A DNA stretch of 63,871 nt, counting the filler, from Octopus bimaculoides (Eukaryota), in NCBI RefSeq assembly GCF_001194135.2. It is 7 parts of 6 records of this genome, joined end to end, with 100 filler letters (N's around TTAATTAATTAA, not from the genome) between each part and the next. Parts side by side here need not be neighbours in the genome. Positions count along the whole stretch, not along the records: positions 35,033 to 54,128 come from NC_068988.1; positions 54,229 to 59,629 come from NC_069005.1; positions 59,730 to 62,403 come from NW_026357357.1; positions 62,504 to 63,871 come from NC_068984.1; 3 more parts are not named here. One strand, 5' to 3'. Position 1 is the first letter of the stretch. Every line of letters starts with the position of its first letter. Below are positions 54,111 through 63,871 of the stretch, piece after piece. The notes under the pieces are model-generated. The model searched no databases and was not told the origin of the DNA. It saw only the letters and a program-made list of their open reading frames with translations. A program made the position numbers and the translations under genes.

Positions 54111-54228
54111 TGTTTGTGCGTATATATANNNNNNNNNNNNNNNNNNNNNNNNNNNNNNNNNNNNNNNNNNNNTTAATTAATTAANNNNNNNNNNNNNNNN
54201 NNNNNNNNNNNNNNNNNNNNNNNNNNNN

Positions 54229-54261
<33 letters not shown>

Positions 54262-54332
54262 AACCGACATACATTGCTGCATATATATATACAGAGAGGG
54301 GGGGAGATAGATAGATAGAGAGATAGATAGAG

Positions 54333-54387
<55 letters not shown>

Positions 54388-54749
54388 GATGCAACTAAAC
54401 AAATGAAACTGCTTGGGGGAGATATACGAAAATATACATGCAATTAATTATACATGTAAATAGAGAGGAAGCAAAGACTGAAAATATTCAGATGATGAAT
54501 ATTCATGCATAAATATATAGAGATTAATATATATTAACAGAGCAGATTTACACAGAGTACAAAGCCATAGAAAATTAACGGAAGAAGGTATGGCCCAACA
54601 GCTGTTTCTCAGAATTACTTTATAATATTGGAATTATTTTATAACATTGGCATATGTAGTTCGCAAAAAGCCAAGGATATGCAACCAGTAGTGGAAGCAT
54701 ATAAACATTAGGGAGATCCGGTCTCCATCCTCAAGGTGAGATAGGTAAC

Positions 54750-54970
54750 ACAGCCATATTTGAATCTTCCATAACCTTTCTCTGCAGTTGTTGGAAAAAT
54801 TCCGGTGTGCAGGCTCAGAAAGTCCGCCGTGTCCCTTTCTGCCTGGCCATGGCTTCGTAGTCTCCGTTGCAGCTGCCCTTGTCTCGTCTTACAATATTCA
54901 CAGAGCAAATGAGCCGCAGTCATGATGTCGGCATTTTGACACCCGGCGCGAATCATCCTCATACATGTAA
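54750..54970 (-). mobile_element. Decayed Tc1/mariner-superfamily transposase N-terminal fragment
   Basis: Frameshifted MIRAGCQNADIMTAA / CNGDYEAMARQK / TPEFFQQLQRKVMED resembles recalled HTH regions of mollusc Tc1/mariner transposases. Confidence 0.45.
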
Positions 54971-55463
54971 CTCATTTCCAATGTCCAGTTTACTTCCAGT
55001 TCTCCATGTCGCAAACTTTTTCTCATGTACAACTTCAAACTTTATGTTCTCCAAGGCCGTTGCCTATTCACTAGTACATCAAGTTCTTCCTCGAAAAATA
55101 ATACATAAAATTTCGATAATTTATCTCGAACATCGTGTCTGTATTTCAATAAAATTGTTGACTACCCTTAAAATCCATTCAACACAACATATATATGCAG
55201 CTGACCATTTTCTCAATAGAAAAGTAGTCTGGCATCCAATTCAAGGCAATTCTCGTCCCACCTTAAATCCATTTATCACAGCTGACCATATCGTGAATAA
55301 AAAAAATCTGTCATTCAATTCAATAGAATTTGTGACACAAAAATGATTCTTTCCCCAAAACAGCATATTCCCCAAAAAACAAAACACATACTTACAGACA
55401 AGTTGAAAGTAAAACAATTTCTTCCAAAGCCTTTCAGACCATCCTTAATCCATTTAACACAAT

Positions 55464-55513
<50 letters not shown>

Positions 55514-55929
55514 GCACACAAACACACACACACATAACTGACCACATCCTGAATGGAAATCTGCCATTCAGAGCAATAGAATTTTTGACACTTGACACCC
55601 TGCTCCTCATTCCAGACTACAACATAGGCAACATGTATAAGAGGTGTCTATAAGAGAAGATATCAAACACGTTCTTAACGACGCATAGAATATAAGAGCA
55701 AAGTCTTAATTTCAAATGTTTTCTTATTTACAAATTCTTCGCTTTGAATTTTCAATATTTGATAAGATAGACACATACATCCAAACCGGTAATATTTTAT
55801 AAAAGTTACTTAATGTAACAAATATAAAAATAGAAAAAGGAAAAAAAAAGGTAAAAAAAAATCCTTTAGACATACTTCCGTGCCCTTTCCACTTTTACTT
55901 TTAACTTAAAACCTCAGATTTGTATGGAT

Positions 55930-56530
55930 TTTTAACTCATGTGTACTGACATAGCTCCTCTACTCATGTGGGACACGGAATCTGTACAAACGTCAGGTAA
56001 GAGTCCTTGAACGCTTTCATCAGAGATGTCTCAGACACATTCTCAAAGTTGACTGGACCTCAAAAATTCCAGACACACAGATCCTGAGGACAGCTGATAT
56101 CTTGACTATTGAGGCGATGGTGCACAAGCACCGGTTACGTTGGACTGGATACCTTAATAGAATGAAGGATAGCAGGATTCCTAAGCAGATGCTATATGGA
56201 GAACTTGTGAATGGAAGGAGACTCCGGCAGAAACTAAGGCTGCGATTTAAGGACTGTGTCAATTCCTCATTAAAGACCTGTGATATGCAGGACACTGACT
56301 GGGAGAACAATGCCTGTCATCGCCACAGGAAGCAGGAAGCAGGTTAAGGAGGGGATCGACACTTTTGAGAGAGCACGTATCCAGCATGAAGAACTTAAGT
56401 GAGCTGCGCGAAAGAGCACGGCTCGTATAGTGAATGGGGAAAGCTTAATCTGCAATGTTTGCAGTCGTGTATGCTTGTTAAGAGCAGGGCTCATTAGCCA
56501 CCAACGGAGCCGCAAATGCAAAATATTAGT
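55930..56530 (+). mobile_element. RTE-clade LINE, 3' end
   Basis: LRHILKVDW..KIPDTQIL, RLRWTGYLNRMKDSRIPKQMLYGEL, RFKDC, and a terminal zinc-finger-like CNVCSRVCLLRAGLISHQR. Confidence 0.88.
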
Positions 56531-57216
56531 TAGTCCGATTAGCCAGCGTGGTCGCAGTCTAATAACTGGAGCAAGTAAAAAGTAAAAGATTACACATACA
56601 AACATACACAAACACACACAAATACACACACAAATACACACACATCCATCCATCCATCCATACATACATACATATATACATACAAACACACAAACACATA
56701 CACACATACACCCATACAAATACACATATATAGACACATACACACATATACACTTACACACACATACACACCTACATACTACGCACTCGTGCACACATAC
56801 ACACACGCGTGCGAATATCTACATGTGTGTGTGTGTGGAAATAAGCATTTACTTTTGTGGTAACGATTAAAATTGTCCTGACGTCTCTATTTCAGGAAAG
56901 AAATTCCAAGTTGTGATGAACGCAACTTAAATTCCCATCAAATAGATAAACACTCCGTGTACTGATTACACAACTTACGCTTATTTTTGTAGTCCACACC
57001 CATCAACCATCAGATGCACGAACACACATGTTGTTGGACTCATTATTTTGGTTTTGATAAAACATACAAATTTATATCTACACAGATACACACACATACA
57101 TGCATATACATTTATACACACATATATATGTACATATACATACATTTGGACTGCCATGTTAGCTTCGCGATAACTATTAATATATATATATATATATACA
57201 TATAGGTATACACACG

Positions 57217-57250
<34 letters not shown>

Positions 57251-57251
57251 A

Positions 57252-57287
<36 letters not shown>

Positions 57288-58584
57288 GTATGTATGTGCA
57301 TGCATTTGTAAGTTTATACTGCATCCACTTGCACGTAAACGCTGACCCGTATGCATAAAAGACATGCGCATACACATATATATCTTCATGTACAGTACAG
57401 AGAAACAGCCACACATGTCGAGAAATTATTCATATCAAATACAAGACCGCAAATAATGTAATTTGACGCACTAACATGCACAAACATAAAACTGTTCATA
57501 CAAATGACATACACAAGCAAGCGCAATCAATCACACATCCTCCACATGCATGCAAGCAGCATCGCGACGACCATGTGTACTGATTCTGGCTGTTATCAGC
57601 TCAGCTGTTGGCCGTAACAAACACAGGCACATTCGCAATAACGATGACGTTTCTTATTTCTTTATTGCCCACAAGGGGCTAAACATGGAGGGGACAAACA
57701 AGGACAGACAAAAGGATTACGTCGATTATATCGACCCCAGTGCCTAACTGGTACTTAATTTATCGGCCCCAAAAGGATGAAAGGCAAAGTTGACCTCGGC
57801 GGAATTTGAACTCAGAACGTAACGGCAGACGAAATACTGCTAAGCATTTCGTCCAGCGTGCTAACGTTTCTGCCAGCTCGCCGCCTTGCGTTTCTGCATC
57901 TCAATCTATCGTCGACACAGGCGCGCGAACATGTACATATAATGACCTTANNNNNNNNNNNNNNNNNNNNNNNNNNNNNNNNNNNNNNNNNNNNNNNNNN
58001 NNNNNNNNNNNNNNNNNNNNNNNNNNNNNNNNNNNNNNNNNNNNNNNNNNNNNNNNNNNNNNNNNNNNNNNNNNNNNNNNNNNNNNNNNNNNNNNNNNNN
58101 NNNNNNNNNNNNNNNNNNNNNNNNNNNNNNNNNNNNNNNNNNNNNNNNNNNNNNNNNNNNNNNNNNNNNNNNNNNNNNNNNNNNNNNNNNNNNNNNNNNN
58201 NNNNNNNNNNNNNNNNNNNNNNNNNNNNNNNNNNNNNNNNNNNNNNNNNNNNNNNNNNNNNNNNNNNNNNNNNNNNNNNNNNNNNNNNNNNNNNNNNNNN
58301 NNNNNNNNNNNNNNNNNNNNNNNNNNNNNNNNNNNNNNNNNNNNNNNNNNNNNNNNNNNNNNNNNNNNNNNNNNNNNNNNNNNNNNNNNNNNNNNNNNNN
58401 NNNNNNNNNNNNNNNNNNNNNNNNNNNNNNNNNNNNNNNNNNNNNNNNNNNNNNNNNNNNNNNNNNNNNNNNNNNNNNNNNNNNNNNNNNNNNNNNNNNN
58501 NNNNNNNNNNNNNNNNNNNNNNNNNNNNNNNNNNNNNNNNNNNNNNNNNNNNNNNNNNNNNNNNNNNNNNNNNNNNNNNATATA

Positions 58585-58755
58585 TCCTGTGTCCTTATGT
58601 CTACAAGGGGGACAAGCACCTCCACCCAGCTAACTCTGCATCCAGAGACATGTTTCTGAGTCTTTGCTCGTCATCAGTCTCAGAAACATGTCTCTGGATG
58701 CAGGCTTAGCTGGGTGGAGGTGCTTGTCCCCACTTGTAAGCATAAGGACACAGGA
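58585..58755. repeat. 171-bp near-perfect hairpin (~76-bp arms, 18-nt loop)
   Basis: 58585-58660 is the reverse complement of 58679-58755 with a few mismatches or indels. Confidence 0.92.
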
Positions 58756-59766
58756 AATGTGTCAAGGCCGACAGGAAGCAGGGCAGCTTCCTAGGTCCCT
58801 TCAGGGCACTGTCACATTAAGTTGACAGCATACAACTACTTCATCGTATCACTACTGCATAAATCTGTCTGAGAGATTTAGAAATGTATTATTTCTATAC
58901 TTTTTCTTGTTTATCAAAAACAACAATATCCAGCCTCTTATGTTTACACTTGACGCATATTTTGATAGGAATGATCCACCAGTATTCCTTGTTTTGAAGC
59001 TTGTACATTTATGTATCTATGTATATGTTTATATATGTATTTATGCATGATTTACGTACGTACGTACATATGTATGTATGTATGTATACAGCTCGTCTGG
59101 TAAATAATTCTTCGCTAAAGTGTATATATGCATGCATGCATGTATGTATGTATGTATGTATGCATGCATGCGTGTATGTATATATATGTATGTATGCAGG
59201 TCGTTTGGTAAATAATTCTTCGCTAAAATGTCTAATCGTGGCCTTTCAATGTGGTGTTTATGCAACTGCCAATTATATTGTTAGCAACTATAATTCTAAA
59301 GTGATTAGTATTTGCAGGAAATTTTAATAGCCTCTATCCATCGCTAGCCATGTTATTTCTGTTGGTGTTCAACTCGCTATAGGTCAACGCTAGGCAGGCA
59401 GATGATCAAAGACATTCCCAGAAGACGCGATCATAACGTTTATTTTGTTTCTCTTCAAAGCGTATATTTCATTTTTAATATTTTACTTGCTTTAGTCATT
59501 GGACAGCAGCCCTACTGGAGCACGGCCTTGGCAGGGGGGGTGGGGTGGTAGTCGCGAATATTGATCCCAGTACTTATTTTTAAAACTCTGGTACTTATTC
59601 TATTGGTCTCTTGACCGTACTGCTAAGTTNNNNNNNNNNNNNNNNNNNNNNNNNNNNNNNNNNNNNNNNNNNNTTAATTAATTAANNNNNNNNNNNNNNN
59701 NNNNNNNNNNNNNNNNNNNNNNNNNNNNNTCTTCCTACAGCTGTTTCCATTTATACTCATTGGATA

Positions 59767-59964
59767 AATTACAAATTTAGGCATTAAACTTGCGTACTGG
59801 AGTTGATCTAATTGACTGGCCCCCTCCTCCAAATGTTGGGCCTTGTGCCTAGAATAGAAGAAATTATAAATTATGAGCAAAATATCATCAGAGATAAGTT
59901 AGACATTAAAAATTTTACATGTTGACCTAACTGTTCATTCGACTACACAATTTACTACGGACTG

Positions 59965-59998
<34 letters not shown>

Positions 59999-60201
59999 CA
60001 GTCCGTAGTAAATTGTGTACTGGAATGAACAGTTGGGTCAACATGTAAAATTTTTTAATGTCTAACTTATCTCTGATGATATTTTGCTCATAATTTATAA
60101 TTTCTTCTACTCTAGGCACAAGGCCCAAAATTTGTCGATTAGATCAACTCCAGTACGCAACTGGTACTTATAATACAAATTTAATGCCTAAATTTGTAAT
60201 T
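59767..60201. repeat. ~435-bp inverted duplication centred on a (TA)n tract
   Basis: 59767-59964 mirrors 59999-60201; the arms differ by a few substitutions and two indels. Confidence 0.92.
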
Positions 60202-60693
60202 TGTAATATATATATATATTTATGACGGTCTTCTCTCAATTTGCGTCTACCAAATCCACTCACACGCCTTTGATCTGCCCGAGGCTATAGTAGAATACTT
60301 TTGCACATGGTGACACGCAGTGGGACTGAACCCAGAATCATGTGGTTGGGAAGCAAGCTTCTTTATTTCATTTTATTGGCCATGGCGGCCTTACATAGAA
60401 GAAAAGAAAACAAAGAAAGAAGCTGCAGGCTGGACAGAGACATAATGGTATGTGTAATGAAAGTGATAATGATGAATAAATGGGGGGAAACAGCAACGCC
60501 CGCCGATTGCTTGATCCCCGAAAACATTGTTCTCTTATATGAGGCAACAAGCCTCTTACAAATGTTCATATTGTTCATGATATCTATCACTGAGGCTTTT
60601 TCGCTTTTCATATATAACCCTCCTCATCAATTGTGTGTCCGATTCCCATCAACGCCCACGCACTCTCTAGGCAAACCTGAAGTCATATAACTC

Positions 60694-62177
60694 CTACAAT
60701 GTGTCCCACATTAAGGCTTCCACAGCTATCTGCAGAGGCCATTCGGGATCCCGCATGCAGGCCATGGCTGTTCCCTTAGGATATTTTTCTAACTCCATTT
60801 CTATCTCTCCCCTTCTGTAGAAGACCAACGATTCTTCTTCCTCCGGTAAAGAGATAGACTTTTCCACCGTCGGCGGCACAATTCCCACCGACGGTGGTTC
60901 AAAATCCGTTGGCACCTTTTACTTTTTTTCTTTTTCTTTTTCCGGTGAGGGAGGAGTCCTCCGATTTACCCGGGGGATTCAATCCCTTTTCCAACTCTAC
61001 ATTTGTTTGAGGTTTCGGCGGGCTACTGTTAATGCCCACCTTTCTCTTTTTCCCTCTTTCTGTTGAGGCCACCGTCTCCTCATTTTTTTCTCCTGCCGAG
61101 CAGGACTACTTTTTTTAATGGGCGTCCGCTCCTGGGCCACTTTCGTGTCCCGGCGACAATCCTTTTTCAAATGGCCAGGCTGTAGGCATCCGTGACACTT
61201 GGTGGGGGGGGGCGTCCCTCAAGAATCACAGGATACCTAGATCCTGCCATGGTCAAGTAGTCNNNNNNNNNNNNNNNNNNNNNNNNNNNNNNNNNNNNNN
61301 NNNNNNNNNNNNNNNNNNNNNNNNNNNNNNNNNNNNNNNNNNNNNNNNNNNNNNNNNNNNNNNNNNNNNNNNNNNNNNNNNNNNNNNNNNNNNNNNNNNN
61401 NNNNNNNNNNNNNNNNNNNNNNNNNNNNNNNNNNNNNNNNNNNNNNNNNNNNNNNNNNNNNNNNNNNNNNNNNNNNNNNNNNNNNNNNNNNNNNNNNNNN
61501 NNNNNNNNNNNNNNNNNNNNNNNNNNNNNNNNNNNNNNNNNNNNNNNNNNNNNNNNNNNNNNNNNNNNNNNNNNNNNNNNNNNNNNNNNNNNNNNNNNNN
61601 NNNNNNNNNNNNNNNNNNNNNNNNNNNNNNNNNNNNNNNNNNNNNNNNNNNNNNNNNNNNNNNNNNNNNNNNNNNNNNNNNNNNNNNNNNNNNNNNNNNN
61701 NNNNNGTTAATATGGCCTTAGCCCCGACCCAGTCAGTAGATGGCAACAATTTTACATTTAACAATTTAGTGTCTCTGGTGCCACCAAGTCCCCTTTGGAT
61801 GGTTTCGGCAAACCAACTCTCTTTTAAACCCGGTGGCAACTCGCAGACAAACGCCCGTTTACATTTTCTCCCACAATAAGAGGGGAGGAACAAAATTTTT
61901 CCCCCTCCAGGGGCTGACTGGCGAACTTACATGCCATCTCCGGGGTTCCAAACAGCAACCATATAGTTGCATATTTGGAACCCCTGGCGATATGCTTTAT
62001 CGCCGACATGTACTCCGCCAGCTCCTTTTCTATTTCTAGCCTAGAAAAGGGGACAATGGTATCTAACGACTTTGAATAAGTCCTTAGAACTACCGTCCTC
62101 CTTTCGAAATCTGTCATCCATTCTTTGGGTGGGTTAATTTCCCACACCAAAGCAGTGGTATTTTTTCTATTGTTCAT
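60694..62177 (-). mobile_element. ORF1 of an L1/Tx1-like non-LTR retrotransposon, frameshifted and partly in a gap
   Basis: Long overlapping minus-strand ORFs with an RRM-like N-terminal region, a CCHC knuckle CHGCLQPGHLKKDC at 61156-61197 and a basic low-complexity tail. No clear ORF2. Confidence 0.65.
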
Positions 62178-62582
62178 GTTTTAATTGCAAAAAAAATAAT
62201 AATAAACAAACAAAAAAAAAGAAAAATCAAAGTTCACATTTAAATGTCTGTCCTCTGGCATATTTGGACTCCTGACCAGGCCTATGGACTCCAATATAGG
62301 TAATCCAATAATTGGTTCACAAATACTGGCGCTCGCAGTACAATGCAATTGTGAAAATCTTCATAAATTTTCAATTTTTTCCATAAATTGAATTTACGAC
62401 ACANNNNNNNNNNNNNNNNNNNNNNNNNNNNNNNNNNNNNNNNNNNNTTAATTAATTAANNNNNNNNNNNNNNNNNNNNNNNNNNNNNNNNNNNNNNNNN
62501 NNNCAATAATAGTGATCACGATGATAATGATGATTTGAAGGTGTTGGAATAAGTTTTTCTGTGTCTTGAAATTTTATTTCAG

Positions 62583-62789
62583 AATGTTGACCGAGTGAAC
62601 TTCCAAGTTGGTGATGCTTGCAACCTACCAAGAACTCTTGCTAAATTCGACTGTGTTCTTGCTGCCAACCTGATCTGTCGTCTGTACGATTCAATGCTTT
62701 TCCTTAAGAGACTGCCAGAATTAGTAAAAGAAAATGGTATTTTAGTTCTTACAGCACCATATACTTGGCTTACTTCATTCACCCCAAAG
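62583..62789 (+). CDS. Internal exon of a class I SAM-dependent methyltransferase similar to the OvoA C-terminal (mercaptohistidine N-methyltransferase) domain
   Basis: 69 codons NVDRVNFQVGDACNLPRTLAKFDCVLAANLICRLYDSMLFLKRLPELVKENGILVLTAPYTWLTSFTPK. Acceptor ttttatttcAG (62581-62582), donor GTCAGT (62790), phase 0/0. GDACNL, NLIxRL and (S/A)PYTW..TPK are motifs I recall from OvoA-type domains. Confidence 0.85.
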
Positions 62790-62899
62790 GTCAGTTTGTT
62801 ATTTTATTGCATATTATTTTCTTTTTTAATGATTCTTAAGAAAGGAATGGTTGTGCTGTGTTTTTTTCTTTTTTGCATTTAAATAAAATTTACTTTTTA

Positions 62900-63300
62900 A
62901 CCATGGCTGAGTGGTTAAGAAGCTTGCTCTGCAACTACATGGTTTCTGGTTCAGTCCCAACTGTGTGGTTTCATACTTGTTATGCAGCATCTTGGACAAG
63001 TGACTTCTAATGTGGCCTCAGGTCAAACAATGCCTTGTGAGTTAATTTGGTAAATGGAAACTGTGTAGAAGCTTGTTGCATATATATAACTGTGTGTGTC
63101 TTTGCGTTTCCATTTGTCTCCCACCACCACTTAACAACCAGTGTTAGTTTGTTTACATCCTTGTAACTTCAGCAAACGTGACTGATACAATAAGTACCAG
63201 GCTTGAAAATAAGTCCTGGCATTGATTTGTTCAACTAAAACCCTTCAATGCAGTGCCCCAGCATGGTCACAGTCTAGTGACTGAAACAAGTAAAAGATAA
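62900..63300 (+). mobile_element. tRNA-derived SINE, family A variant
   Basis: Head CATGGCTGAGTGGTTAAGAAGCTTGC...GGTTCAGTCCC and tail CCAGCATGGTCACAGTC...TGACTGAAACAAGTAAAAGATAA. Confidence 0.82.
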
Positions 63301-63661
63301 ACAAGTGAATCTGGTGCCATGTCTATTTGAAACAAGTTATTGTAGCTTATATTTTACTATTGTAAGCCATGTACATAGAAAATTACTTGTCTTTATAAGG
63401 TACATCCAATTAAAATGGAAGTTATAAAGTAGTCTGCCAAATCAGTAGTTTTACTGAGGAGGAGGGGAAATGGCTAAATGGATACAGTTGTGGTGTACTA
63501 GTTTGTTGCTCTTGAGTTCAAATCTACTGCCTACATATCATGGTATATTTGGTCAAACACTTAACTCCACATGTCTTTATTAATCAAACTTTCAAGAATA
63601 AGTATTATGTCTTCCAGGAATGTTATCTACAATGGACAAACATTATACATTTTGGCATACA

Positions 63662-63871
63662 GTCATCATCATCATCGTTTAACGTCCGCTTTCCATGCTA
63701 GCATGGGTTGGACGATTTGACTGAGGACTGGTGAAACCGGATGGCAACACCAGGCTCCAATCTAATTTGGGAGAGTTTCTACAGCTGGATGCCCTTCCTA
63801 ACGCCAACCACTCAGAGAGTGTAGTGGGTGCTTTTACGTGTCACCCGCACGAAAACGGCCACGCTTGAAAT
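63662..63871. mobile_element. Dispersed repeat with a (CAT)n end (LINE/SINE 3'-tail type); related copies at 1-41, ~5320 and ~5815-5960
   Basis: CATCATCGTTTAACGTCCGCTTTCCATG is the exact reverse complement of positions 1-28. GGATGCCCTTCCTAACGCCAACCAC block shared with ~5930. Confidence 0.8.

Noticed and set aside
63618-63700. Candidate next exon of the methyltransferase after cttccAG
   Set aside because: Translates ECYLQWTNIIHFG and runs into a repeat; the expected xKWLGG motif is absent.

Overview
AT-rich, microsatellite- and SINE-saturated animal genomic DNA from a gappy draft assembly. The repeat families and simple-repeat density suggest a coleoid cephalopod such as Octopus; this is an inference from recalled repeat sequences, not a database result. 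Three host genes are supported. (1) Four spliced minus-strand exons of diphosphomevalonate decarboxylase (MVD) lie at 376-7508, with a decayed Gypsy LTR element in one intron. (2) The main exon (TM1-TM6) of an FMRFamide/sex-peptide-receptor-like class A GPCR lies at 29150-30028 (-). (3) One plus-strand exon at 62583-62789 encodes a SAM methyltransferase resembling the C-terminal domain of the ovothiol enzyme OvoA. The rest is transposon debris (Gypsy, HERO-like, R4/Dong-like, RTE, Tx1/L1-like, Penelope-like, Tc1/mariner, tRNA-derived SINEs), simple repeats and N gaps. Most ORF-track entries are artefacts of microsatellites or N runs. I found no complete new multi-gene system. The best leads are the OvoA-like exon, two hammerhead-ribozyme-like motifs inside inverted-repeat elements, a GC-rich structured insert between 59-bp direct repeats, an exact 27-nt copy of GPCR coding sequence inserted about 2.9 kb away, and several long fold-back hairpins.
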